Shown: positions 9,523-18,370 of the stretch, in pieces
How positions within the stretch are numbered: position 1 is the stretch's first letter
Layout of the letters: each line of letters begins with the position of its first letter
Assembly (NCBI GenBank): GCA_947307055.1
Contig: CAMZHX010000013.1
Location: 1,242 to 65,241, forward strand
Reading direction: 5' to 3'
Length of the DNA stretch: 64,000 nucleotides
Source: an uncultured Selenomonadales bacterium
GTDB taxonomy: Bacteria; Bacillota; Negativicutes; Selenomonadales; Selenomonadaceae
The notes under the pieces: generated by a model
Seen by the model: the letters and a program-made list of their open reading frames with translations, nothing else
Databases searched by the model: none
What the model was told of the DNA's origin: nothing
Program-made: the position numbers and the translations under genes

Positions 9523-10974
9523 TTAGCTCATAATGGCTTTAAGCAAATCCATATTCAGACTTTCGCGGACGATTTTAGCAAGTCGTTCGTAATTTTTTTG
9601 CTTCTCGGCGGCGACGTTGCGAACAGCTTCGAGCGGCTCAAGATTTTTCGTCAAGCGGACGGCGTTAAGAAATTGTCGGCGGAAGTCGTCGTTATCAAAA
9701 ATGCCGTGAACGTACGTCCCGAAAATATTTCCCGACGAAATAATTTTTTGACCGCGCAGATTACTTTCGCCGCTGTGAATCTCGTAGCCGTCAAGATTTT
9801 TGCTCGCGATTCGACTGCCCAAAAAATTAAAATCGACTTCGGGGAGCGTCACTTGCCGAGTAAATTTTTCAGCGTTGAAAGTCGTTTCAATCGGCAAAAG
9901 ATTAAGCCCGTCAAGTTCCGCGTGATTCGATTCGGTGCGGAGCGGGTCGAAAATTTTCCTGCCGAGCATCTGAAAGCCGCCGCATATCCCAACAATCGCC
10001 GCGCCGTCACGAGCTTTTTGCAAAATCTTTTCGGCAAAATGATTCCCGCGCAACCAAAGCAAATCTTCCGAAGTGTTCTTGCTACCGGGCAAAATGATTA
10101 CGTCGACGGCGTCGAGCTGGTCGGGTTGCGTGGCGTAGAAAAGATTGACATCGACCTCGCCCGCCAAGCTGTCAAAGTCGGTGAAGTTCGAGAGCTTGCC
10201 GAGCCGCACGACACCAATTTTAATTTCGCCGTCGCCGGAAATTTTATCGTCGAGCGACACGGAGTCTTCGTCGTCAATGCCGAGCTTTTCAATATACGGC
10301 ACGATTCCGAGCACGGGCTTTGAAGTTTTCTTCTCAAGAAATTCGACGGCGGGCAAAAGTAAATTAACATCGCCGCGAAATTTATTTATCACTAGCCCTT
10401 TGACTAAAGCGCGTTCGTCGTCGTCCAAAAGTTCGAGCGTCCCGACCAAAGCCGCTAAAGCCCCGCCCCTGTCGATGTCGGCTACCAAAATCACCGGCGC
10501 ATTCAAATATTTTGCGACGCGCATATTCACAATGTCGTTGGCCTTCAAGTTGACTTCGGCGGGAGAACCTGCGCCCTCGATTATGATTGTGTCGAACTCT
10601 GCGGATAATTTTTGCAACGCCGTCTTGACCGCCTCGAAAGCTTTGAGCGAGTAGCCTTGATGATATTCCGCCGCGCTCATTACCCCGACTGCTCGCCCGT
10701 TGATTATGACTTGGGAAGTTGCGTTGCCCGTCGGCTTGAGCAAAACCGGATTCATTTCGACGCGCGGGGATAAATTTGCGGCTTCAGCCTGCGCGACTTG
10801 TGCCCGCCCCATTTCGAGCCCGTCCGCCGTCACGAATGAATTCAACGCCATGTTCTGCGCCTTGAACGGAACGACCCGCCGACCTTCCCGATAAAAAATT
10901 CGGCAAAGCGCGGTTGTCAAAATGCTTTTGCCGACGTGCGAACTTGTCCCTTGAAACATTAAATAATTCGCCAT
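9523..10974 (-). CDS. cobQ: cobyric acid synthase
   Basis: 483-aa ORF with an N-terminal CobQ/CobB/MinD-like ATPase (MFQGTSSHVGKS) and a C-terminal GATase (GICGGFQMLG...HGIF). Confidence 0.9.
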   Translation of the reverse strand: MANYLMFQGTSSHVGKSILTTALCRIFYREGRRVVPFKAQNMALNSFVTADGLEMGRAQVAQAEAANLSPRVEMNPVLLKPTGNATSQVIINGRAVGVMSAAEYHQGYSLKAFEAVKTALQKLSAEFDTIIIEGAGSPAEVNLKANDIVNMRVAKYLNAPVILVADIDRGGALAALVGTLELLDDDERALVKGLVINKFRGDVNLLLPAVEFLEKKTSKPVLGIVPYIEKLGIDDEDSVSLDDKISGDGEIKIGVVRLGKLSNFTDFDSLAGEVDVNLFYATQPDQLDAVDVIILPGSKNTSEDLLWLRGNHFAEKILQKARDGAAIVGICGGFQMLGRKIFDPLRTESNHAELDGLNLLPIETTFNAEKFTRQVTLPEVDFNFLGSRIASKNLDGYEIHSGESNLRGQKIISSGNIFGTYVHGIFDNDDFRRQFLNAVRLTKNLEPLEAVRNVAAEKQKNYERLAKIVRESLNMDLLKAIMS

Positions 10975-11549
10975 TAAAAATTTTCCTCCAACTTTTTCAA
11001 GTCGACCGCAATCCCTGCGACCGTCAAGAAAACTTTTTCGGCCTGCGCGGCTAGCATTTGATTTGCCAACCCTGCCAAGTCTCTGAAACGTCGCGCCAAT
11101 TTATTTTCGGGGACAATTCCGCCGCCGACCTCGTTTGTTACAAAAATTGTCGTCGCATCAGATTTTTCCGCCGCGTCGATTAACTTTTGAATCAGCCCGC
11201 GCAAGTTGTCGTACAAAAATTTTTCGTCGTCGAGATTTGCCGCGCAAAGAAAATTGCTAACGTAAATCGTGACGCAATCAAACAAAATCGCGTCGAAAGT
11301 TTCGGAGGCCGTCAAAATTTTTTCTTGTGCGTCGAAAGGTGCCTCGAATGTCCGCCAATTATCTCCGCGCCGCGATTGGTGCAACTTGACGCGGAAATTC
11401 ATCTCGTCATCAAAAATTTGAGCCGTCGCAACGTAAGCCGCCCGACCATTGCCAATTTTCAACGCGAGCTTTTCGGCAAAGGAACTCTTCCCGCTCCGAG
11501 CACCGCCCGTCACCAAAATTATTTTCCCCAAAACTCTCGCCCCTTGCAC
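10974..11549 (-). CDS. cobU: adenosylcobinamide kinase / adenosylcobinamide-phosphate guanylyltransferase
   Basis: ILVTGGARSGKSSFAE P-loop plus CobU/CobP family sequence. Its TAA overlaps the cobQ ATG by 1 nt (TAATG). The start is uncertain: GTG at 11549 or TTG at 11531. Confidence 0.85.
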   Translation of the reverse strand: MQGARVLGKIILVTGGARSGKSSFAEKLALKIGNGRAAYVATAQIFDDEMNFRVKLHQSRRGDNWRTFEAPFDAQEKILTASETFDAILFDCVTIYVSNFLCAANLDDEKFLYDNLRGLIQKLIDAAEKSDATTIFVTNEVGGGIVPENKLARRFRDLAGLANQMLAAQAEKVFLTVAGIAVDLKKLEENF

Positions 11550-11613
11550 TAACTATAAAAATTTTCTTATTCTACTTGACAGGCAAAAATCCCTACTTAG
11601 CCGCCGAAAAAAT

Positions 11614-11642
11614 TTGACTAAAATTTTGACGTGGTTTATAAT
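11614..11642 (+). promoter_or_regulatory. sigma-A-type promoter upstream of sigH
   Basis: TTGACT (11614-11619), a 17-nt spacer, then TATAAT (11637-11642), about 28 nt upstream of the sigH start. Confidence 0.5.
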
Positions 11643-11670
11643 CAGCGCGTAAAAATTGGAGGGCGTGAAC

Positions 11671-12423
11671 ATGAAATCGAACGTTGAAAACTCTTTTGAA
11701 GCCGAAATCGCCGACGAGTACGCAAAATACGAGACGCTCACCGACGAAGAACTTATCGTCGAGATTAAAGAAAAAGACAATGCTTCCGCGCTTGATTATC
11801 TGATTCATCGCTACCGAAGTTTTGTTAGAGCGAAGGCGCGTTCATATTTCCTAATCGGCGCGGATCGCGAAGACATCATTCAAGAGGGCATGATTGGTTT
11901 TTATAAGGCCGTGCGCGACTTCAAAAGCGATAAGCTGTCGAGCTTCCATGCCTTCGCGGAACTTTGCGTGACGCGCCAAATCATTACAGCAATCAAAACC
12001 GCCACGCGCCAAAAACATATCCCGCTAAATTCTTACGTCTCACTCAATAAGCCCATTTACGACGAAGACTCCGACCGCACTTTACTTGACGTGATTAGCG
12101 GCGTGAAGGTCTCCGACCCAGAAGAGCTTATCATAAGTCGCGAAGAATTTCTAGCTATCGAAAAGAAAATGTCCGAGATTCTAAGCGAGCTAGAATGGCA
12201 AGTTTTAATGGCTTACCTCGACGGCAAATCTTATCAGGAAATCGCGGTCAGTTTGGATAGACACGTTAAATCAATCGACAACGCATTGCAACGAGTGAAA
12301 CGCAAGCTCGAACGCTACGTTGCCAGTCGCGGCGAGGCTATCGACATCGGCAACGTCTATCGCGGACTGTCGACCCTAGACCGCCATATGAAACCTACTG
12401 CCGCTTTGAAATCGCATAATTAG
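11671..12423 (+). CDS. sigH: RNA polymerase sigma factor SigH (Spo0H type)
   Basis: Long near-identical runs to Bacillus SigH (YRSFVRAKARSYFLIGADREDIIQEGMIGFYKAVRDF, FAELCVTRQIITAIKTATRQKHIPLNSY, DRTLLDVISG, HVKSIDNALQRVKRKLE). ATG at 11671 follows GGAGGG. Confidence 0.9.
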   Translation: MKSNVENSFEAEIADEYAKYETLTDEELIVEIKEKDNASALDYLIHRYRSFVRAKARSYFLIGADREDIIQEGMIGFYKAVRDFKSDKLSSFHAFAELCVTRQIITAIKTATRQKHIPLNSYVSLNKPIYDEDSDRTLLDVISGVKVSDPEELIISREEFLAIEKKMSEILSELEWQVLMAYLDGKSYQEIAVSLDRHVKSIDNALQRVKRKLERYVASRGEAIDIGNVYRGLSTLDRHMKPTAALKSHN

Positions 12424-12447
12424 GCGTCCACGACGGACGCTTTTTTT
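12423..12447 (+). terminator. intrinsic terminator after sigH
   Basis: GCGTCC-acgac-GGACGC followed by TTTTTTT, beginning at the sigH stop codon. Confidence 0.7.
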
Positions 12448-12517
12448 ATGTGTAATTAAAAAGTCTTGCAATATTTTTCGGCGTATGTTAGCTTAAGGGC
12501 GCAAAGGAGGCTTATAA

Positions 12518-13543
12518 ATGGAACAACAAATAAAGGACTTGCGACTTCGAGCCGACGACGCCATAAAAAATTCCGCGACGCTCAAGGAGCTTGACGAAGT
12601 GCGCGTAAAATTTTTGGGCAAGAAAGGCGAGCTTACAAGCGTACTGCGCGGCATGAGCAAACTTTCTGCTGAAGAACGCCCGCTTGTCGGAAAAATCGTC
12701 AACGAGGCGCGAGCCGAAATCGAACAGCTTATCGCGCAAAAAAATTCCGAGCTCAAAGCTTTGGAGTTGCAAAAGAAATTAGCTTCAGAGAAAATCGACG
12801 TGACTTTAGCAGGTCGGCGCGTTCATGCAGGACACCTTCACCCGCTCACACTGACTTTAAATCGCGTCAAAGAAATTTTCATCAGCATGGGTTACAGCGT
12901 CGAGGAAGGTCCCGAAGTCGAGACCGATTATTACAATTTCGAGGCACTCAACCTGCCTAAAGACCACCCTGCCCGCGATATGCAAGATTCATTCTACATA
13001 ACGGAAGAAATTTTGCTCAGAACGCAGACATCGCCCGTGCAAGCGCGGACTATGGAGCGTCACAAAAATAACGAGCCGATAAGAATGATTGCGCCGGGCA
13101 GAGTTTATCGCCGCGATGATTATGACGCTTCGCACTCGCCTATGTTCACGCAAGTTGAAGGTCTCGTTATCGACAAGGGGATTAGTTTCGCCGACTTGAA
13201 AGGCACGCTTGAGGATTTCAGCAAGAAAATTTTCGGCGAGCGTACTAAAATAAGATTGCGTCCGAGTTTCTTCCCGTTCACAGAGCCGAGCGCGGAAGTT
13301 GACGTGTCGTGCGTAATGTGTCACGGCGACGGCTGCAAAGTTTGTCAGGGAACGGGCTGGCTTGAAATTTTAGGCGCGGGCATGGTTCACCCCGACGTTT
13401 TGAAAATGAGCGGCTACGACCCCAACGAGGTCAGCGGCTTCGCATTCGGCATGGGCATTGAGCGCATCGCGATGCTTAGTTACGGGCTTGACGATATGCG
13501 CTTGCTGTACGATAACGACGTTCGGTTTTTGAATCAATTTTGA
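12518..13543 (+). CDS. pheS: phenylalanine--tRNA ligase alpha subunit
   Basis: 341-aa ORF with HPLT, FRxE-type class II motifs ([25 protein letters not shown]). AGGAGG lies upstream. Confidence 0.97.
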   Translation: MEQQIKDLRLRADDAIKNSATLKELDEVRVKFLGKKGELTSVLRGMSKLSAEERPLVGKIVNEARAEIEQLIAQKNSELKALELQKKLASEKIDVTLAGRRVHAGHLHPLTLTLNRVKEIFISMGYSVEEGPEVETDYYNFEALNLPKDHPARDMQDSFYITEEILLRTQTSPVQARTMERHKNNEPIRMIAPGRVYRRDDYDASHSPMFTQVEGLVIDKGISFADLKGTLEDFSKKIFGERTKIRLRPSFFPFTEPSAEVDVSCVMCHGDGCKVCQGTGWLEILGAGMVHPDVLKMSGYDPNEVSGFAFGMGIERIAMLSYGLDDMRLLYDNDVRFLNQF

Positions 13544-13555
13544 GGCGGTGATTTT

Positions 13556-16225
13556 GTGCAAGTTTCAACCAAATGGCTGAAGGATTACATTGAAATAAAT
13601 TTGACGGCGGACGAATTGGCGGAGAAATTCACGCTGGCGGGCATACCGGTCGAAAATGTCATCAAAGCGGGCGAAGGGCTCGAAAAAGTTATCACGGGGC
13701 GCATTGAGGAATTGACAGCGCACCCCGATAGCGACCACCTTTTGGTTTGTCAGATGAATGTCGGCGAAGAAAATCTTTTGCAAATCGTGACGGGCGCGCC
13801 GAATGTCAAGCAAGGGCAAATTGTCCCCGTCGCGATGATTGGCGCGAATCTTCCTTGCGGCAAAAAAATTTCTAAAGGCAAAATGCGCGGTGTCGTCTCG
13901 AATGGCATGCTTTGTTCGGCGGACGAATTGAAGATTGAAGGCGATTCGAGCGGCATTTACATTTTGCCCGATGATACGCCGATTGGATTGCCCGCCGCAA
14001 AAGTTTTGGGGCTTGACGATGACATTTTGGAATTTGAGTTGACGGCTAATCGCGGCGACTGCTTTAGTGTGATAGGACTTGTGCGCGAGCTTGCCGTTTT
14101 GACTGGGAAAAAGCCAAACTTCCCCGAAATCAAAGTTGATGAGAACGACGAACGCAACGCGGCCGATTTGGTCAAGATTGGGATTGACGCGCCCGACCTT
14201 TGCGGAAGATTTTCTGCGCGGGTGCTGACTAATGTTAAGCTTGCGCCGTCGCCCGAATGGATGGTCAAGCGTCTTGAGGGCGCGGGCATGAGGGCGATTA
14301 ACAATGTCGTTGACGTGACAAATTTTGTTATGTTGGAAATGGGGCAGCCACTCCACGCTTACGACTTCGACGAGGTCAAGGGGCACGAACTCACAGCCCG
14401 CCGCGCCGTCGAATTTGAGCCGCTCCATACGCTCGACGATACTAACCGACTTGCTAAGGGCGGCGAACTCGTCATAGCCGACGCGGAAAAGGCCGCCGGA
14501 CTTGCAGGGATTATGGGCGGCTTCGAGACCGAAATTACCGAGAAAACTACAACCGTTATCCTTGAGGCGGCAAGTTTCAATTACGCGTCGATTCGCAGGA
14601 CTTCCCGCGCAGTCGGAATTCATTCTGAGGCGTCCGGCCGATTCGAGCGCGGCACCAATATTAACGGAACCATTGCGGCTTTGGATAGGGTCGCGCAACT
14701 TCTGCAGGAAATGGGAGCTTGCGACGTTTGCAAGGGCGTCGTCGATATTTATCCCGCTCCCAAGCCCGAAGTTAAAATCAAATTCACGCCCGCGCAGATA
14801 AATGCTCGGCTTGGCACGAATTTTACCGACGCGCAGATTATTGACGTGTTGGAGGCTTTGGGCTTCAAGATTGAGAATGTTGGCGGCGTCGACGAACTCA
14901 CTGATGAAGTTGTCGATAAAATTTCTGCCGCGACGAAAAATTTCAGCAAAGCGGCTCGCGAACTCGGCAAGAAGACGACCGCTGAAAATTTCGTAAAGAA
15001 TCTGGGTGCGCACTTCAGCGAACTGTTCAAGAATGTTGGCGCGAAGGCTAGCGAGGTCAAAGATTTGGGCGTTGAGGATTTTATAAAAGGGCTCGGCTCC
15101 AACGTCGAAAATCTGGTCAAGTCCGCCGATTTGAAATTGTCATCTGCTTACGAGGCGACCGTCCCCGATTGGCGCAACGATGTCACAATCCCCGACGATT
15201 TATCGGAGGAAGTCGCTAGGATTTTCGGCTTTGATAAAATTCCGTCGACGCTCCCGAAAGGCAATCAGCAAGGAAGACAATCCGCGACGCAAAATTTCAT
15301 CGACCACATAAAAGACATTTTGACGGGGCTGGGCATGTGCGAGGAATTATCCTTTGCGTTCACAAGCGAGGCGATGTTCGACAAAATGCAAGTGCCAGCC
15401 GATTCGGAATTGCGCCGCGCTGTGCCGATAATGAATCCGCTGACCGACGAGGCACCGCTCTTGCGAACAACTTTATTGGCGTCGGTGTTCGAGAACGCCG
15501 CAAGAAATTTCAGCCGCAAAAATGAGGACGTGCGCCTGTTTGAAGTCGCGCCGGTTTTCATTCCGAAAGCTTTACCCGTAACCGAATTGCCGCGCGAAAA
15601 ACAGAAATTGGCTGGGCTTTTAATGGGGCGTCGCGAGCCAAAAGGTTGGTCTCAAAATCCCGCGCAGGTCGACTTCTACGACGCAAAGGGCATTGTCGAG
15701 GAACTTTTAGCGGGCTTGTCTATTGCAAATTATTTCGTCGAGGCGGGCGAGCATTACGCCTTGCACCCCGGCAAAACCGCCGTCTTCAAAAAGGGTCGCG
15801 ATATTTTAGTCACAGTCGGCGAAGTTCACCCTGCAGTTGCTGAGGCTCTCGGCATTAAGAAAAAAATTTACGTGTTCGAGGCCGACGTTGAGACGTTGCA
15901 GAAATTTGCCGCGAAAAAATTTACCTTCGAGCACCTGCCTAAATACCCGTCGATAAGTCGCGACTTGGCAATTTTGGTAGGTCATGACGTGGCGGCCGGC
16001 GATGTCGAAAAAGTTATCGCTAAGAACGCCGGACAATTCTTTAAGGGCGTGACGTTGTTCGACGTGTACACCGGCGAAAGAATTTCTGCCGATAAAAAGT
16101 CGCTGGCGTTCGCGATTGAATTCCGGTCGAAGGAGCGCACCCTCAAGGACGAAGAGGCGGACGAGGCGTTCAAAAATATTTTGTCGGCGGTCGAAAAAGA
16201 ATTTGGAGCTGAGCTGAGGAGTTGA
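13556..16225 (+). CDS. pheT: phenylalanine--tRNA ligase beta subunit (with a ~90-aa lineage-specific insertion)
   Basis: 889-aa ORF with a GTG start and the tRNA-binding, B3/4, B5, catalytic-like core (B6/7) and anticodon-binding (B8) order. It follows pheS by 12 nt. Confidence 0.97.
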   Translation: MQVSTKWLKDYIEINLTADELAEKFTLAGIPVENVIKAGEGLEKVITGRIEELTAHPDSDHLLVCQMNVGEENLLQIVTGAPNVKQGQIVPVAMIGANLPCGKKISKGKMRGVVSNGMLCSADELKIEGDSSGIYILPDDTPIGLPAAKVLGLDDDILEFELTANRGDCFSVIGLVRELAVLTGKKPNFPEIKVDENDERNAADLVKIGIDAPDLCGRFSARVLTNVKLAPSPEWMVKRLEGAGMRAINNVVDVTNFVMLEMGQPLHAYDFDEVKGHELTARRAVEFEPLHTLDDTNRLAKGGELVIADAEKAAGLAGIMGGFETEITEKTTTVILEAASFNYASIRRTSRAVGIHSEASGRFERGTNINGTIAALDRVAQLLQEMGACDVCKGVVDIYPAPKPEVKIKFTPAQINARLGTNFTDAQIIDVLEALGFKIENVGGVDELTDEVVDKISAATKNFSKAARELGKKTTAENFVKNLGAHFSELFKNVGAKASEVKDLGVEDFIKGLGSNVENLVKSADLKLSSAYEATVPDWRNDVTIPDDLSEEVARIFGFDKIPSTLPKGNQQGRQSATQNFIDHIKDILTGLGMCEELSFAFTSEAMFDKMQVPADSELRRAVPIMNPLTDEAPLLRTTLLASVFENAARNFSRKNEDVRLFEVAPVFIPKALPVTELPREKQKLAGLLMGRREPKGWSQNPAQVDFYDAKGIVEELLAGLSIANYFVEAGEHYALHPGKTAVFKKGRDILVTVGEVHPAVAEALGIKKKIYVFEADVETLQKFAAKKFTFEHLPKYPSISRDLAILVGHDVAAGDVEKVIAKNAGQFFKGVTLFDVYTGERISADKKSLAFAIEFRSKERTLKDEEADEAFKNILSAVEKEFGAELRS

Positions 16226-16229
16226 CGTT

Positions 16230-16502
16230 ATGGCATTGAAGGACGAAAAACCCGTCGGCGAAATGCGGCGCGTCGAGGTCGAAATTTTCGGGGAAGTATA
16301 TCGGCTGCGCACCGAAGACCCTAACGGCCTCGCAAAAATCGTGCGCATGGTCGATTCGACTATGAAAACGGTCTCGCAAAATACTAGAAGTTTCGCGGGG
16401 AGTCGGATTGCGGTTTTGGCGGCACTCAAAATTGCCGAAGACTATGTTCAACTCAAAAAGGATTACGATGAACTTTTGCACCTCCTCGACGAGAATAAAT
16501 GA
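16230..16502 (+). CDS. zapA: cell division protein ZapA
   Basis: 90-aa ORF resembling the Bacillus ZapA (YshA) core (VEIFGEVYRL...IAVLAALKIAEDY) with a C-terminal coiled coil. It has the conserved position just downstream of pheT. Confidence 0.8.
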   Translation: MALKDEKPVGEMRRVEVEIFGEVYRLRTEDPNGLAKIVRMVDSTMKTVSQNTRSFAGSRIAVLAALKIAEDYVQLKKDYDELLHLLDENK

Positions 16503-16612
16503 AGGGACAAGGGGTAAGGGAAATGGGAGAAGGGAAAAGACTTATCCCTACTTGTCCCTACTTCTCCCATTTCCCATTTCCCATTTCCCATTTCCCTTTT
16601 CCCTTTTCCCTT
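16502..16612. repeat. heptamer-built palindromic intergenic element, flavour A (GGGAAAW-type)
   Basis: G-rich arm aagggacaaggggtaagggaaatgggagaagggaaaag, centre GGGAAAAGaCTTATCCC, then a longer C/T arm containing catttcc x4 and cttttcc x2. Confidence 0.8.
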
Positions 16613-16627
16613 AGAAAGGAATCGCTT

Positions 16628-18370
16628 ATGAATTTAAATCAACTTGCTAAAAAATTATTTCCGACCTTCCTCGACAACGCAGAGAATTTTGAGCCGTGTT
16701 GCGTTTTTCTTTCCGTCTCCGATATGAAAAATAGAGCCGTCACCCGCCACGCCGTCGCCGATACTCCCAACGACGCTTGGACTTCAGCCCTAGACAATTT
16801 GAAAGCCGCGTTCGGTTCAAAAAAACCTTTCATTCTCCGCGCAGATTGGGTCGTCAAAAGTCAAACAATTACTTGGGCTGAATTTTTAAATCTTCTCGAA
16901 CAAACCCGCCGCAATTATTTTCGATTCGGTATCGCGCTCGATAGAAATTATAATATCGCCCTGACTGAATCCGAAATTAACGGCAACGCGCTACTTTACA
17001 AGGACGGCAAGGAAGGTAGCGGGAAATGCATTTTTCGCCCCGAACGTTTCGACGCTTATTGTAAAATTCGATTCAGCCGCAATTTTCCAATCCTTGAGCC
17101 GTCAAGCCCCGTCGAAATTTTCATTACCGAAGGAGCATTTATTTCCGAAAAAGAACAGACGCCAACACCGATTACCGGCGGCAACAGACTTGATGCCGGT
17201 CACCGCAAAGTTTCTCATCTCAATTCGGATACGATTCTTAAAATGGTTCGCAACGGCGCAGGATACCTTGCTGGTCAAGTTCAGAAGTCGGGCAAGTTTA
17301 TCTACGGTCATTGGCCTTGCTTCGATAAAAAAGTTCCGGCTTACAATACGTTGCGCCATTTCAGCTCGGCTTTCGCTATGCTCGATGTTTACGAGACGTA
17401 CCGAATGGGCGAAATGAAAATCGGCAGCGCAATCACCAGAGCTATCAAATACGGCGCGAGCAAGTTTATAAAATATCGGACACTCGACGACGGCTCACAG
17501 GCGGCTTACATTTACGAGCCCGACTCAAATGAAATTAAACTCGGTGCGCTCGGCGTGACTTTAGTTATGCTCGTCAAACACTCCATGCTTATGAAGACTA
17601 AAAAATATTATCCGCTGATGGAAGGCCTCGCCCGCGCAATCTACACTATGCAAAAACCTGACGGCAGTTTTGTTCACGTGCTCAATGCCGACAATTTCAC
17701 GGTCAAAGAAGAATTCCGCATTGTCTACTACGACGGCGAGGCGGTCTTCGGCATGATGCGCCTTTATTCCTTGACGCATGATGAAAAATTGCTTGCGGCG
17801 TCCGAACTTGCCTTCCAAAGATTTATAGCGACCGACCATTGGAAAAATCACGACCACTGGCTGTCGTATTCAATCAACGAGCTGACTTTGTACAAGCCCG
17901 CCCGCGAGTACTTCGAGTTCGGCATAAACAATTTCTTAGACTTTTTGCCGTTCATATATCATCGCGACACGCAATACCCGACGCTACTTGAATTGGTGAT
18001 GGCGGCGGATGCAATGTTGGAGCGGATAAAGACAATGCCGGAAATGGCGGACTTATTGGAGCGGGTAAATTTCGACGATTTTTACGCGACAATGGAATCG
18101 CGCGCGAAACATTTACTGGACGGCTATTTTTATCCGGAGCTGGCAATGTTCTTCCAAAATCCTGAAAGTATCGTCGGGAGCTTCTTTATTCGCCACCACG
18201 CCTTCAGAGTGCGAATCGATGACGTGGAGCATTATCTGTCGTCGCTGACGGCATATCGGCGTTACTTGGCGCGGCGCACTCGCGAGCCGCAACCGTCTAA
18301 AGCATTACTTGAGGGCAAAGCCGTAGGCACAGGTATTTTCAATATTCAATCGGGAAAAAGCAATGCATAA
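16628..18370 (+). CDS. conserved hypothetical protein, possibly an alpha/alpha-toroid fold (function unknown)
   Basis: 580 aa from ATG 16628 (AAAGGA upstream). The longer track ORF merely reads through the repeat element. Motifs such as QKPDGSFVHV and YYDGEAVFGMMRLY recall prenyltransferase/six-hairpin repeats, but I cannot assign a family. Confidence 0.6.
   Translation: MNLNQLAKKLFPTFLDNAENFEPCCVFLSVSDMKNRAVTRHAVADTPNDAWTSALDNLKAAFGSKKPFILRADWVVKSQTITWAEFLNLLEQTRRNYFRFGIALDRNYNIALTESEINGNALLYKDGKEGSGKCIFRPERFDAYCKIRFSRNFPILEPSSPVEIFITEGAFISEKEQTPTPITGGNRLDAGHRKVSHLNSDTILKMVRNGAGYLAGQVQKSGKFIYGHWPCFDKKVPAYNTLRHFSSAFAMLDVYETYRMGEMKIGSAITRAIKYGASKFIKYRTLDDGSQAAYIYEPDSNEIKLGALGVTLVMLVKHSMLMKTKKYYPLMEGLARAIYTMQKPDGSFVHVLNADNFTVKEEFRIVYYDGEAVFGMMRLYSLTHDEKLLAASELAFQRFIATDHWKNHDHWLSYSINELTLYKPAREYFEFGINNFLDFLPFIYHRDTQYPTLLELVMAADAMLERIKTMPEMADLLERVNFDDFYATMESRAKHLLDGYFYPELAMFFQNPESIVGSFFIRHHAFRVRIDDVEHYLSSLTAYRRYLARRTREPQPSKALLEGKAVGTGIFNIQSGKSNA

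Noticed and set aside
12424-12517. T-box leader expected upstream of pheS in Firmicutes
   Set aside because: Only ~95 nt separate sigH from pheS, and about 25 of them are the sigH terminator. No specifier-loop or T-box (AANNNGGUGNNACCGCG) sequence is present.
13565-15013. 482-aa ORF antisense to pheT
   Set aside because: It lies entirely inside, and opposite to, a robustly identified PheT coding region. The translation is Arg/Phe/Asn-rich low-complexity sequence with no recognisable motifs, SD or promoter. It is a by-product of codon usage on the sense strand.
16502-16612. Possibility that the heptamer repeat tracts are CRISPR arrays or microsatellite assembly artefacts
   Set aside because: The units are 7 nt with no spacers, so they are not CRISPR. 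The tracts are degenerate, paired with complementary arms, and recur at several loci with precise intergenic placement, which is unlike sequencing artefacts.
16499-16627. N-terminal extensions of ORFs 16499.. and 37252.. (MKGQGVREMGEGKR...FPFPISHFPFPF / MGEGRSREKTFPISLFPYPL)
   Set aside because: These peptides are simply translations of the flavour-A heptamer hairpins. Proper SD and ATG pairs exist downstream at 16628 and 37330.
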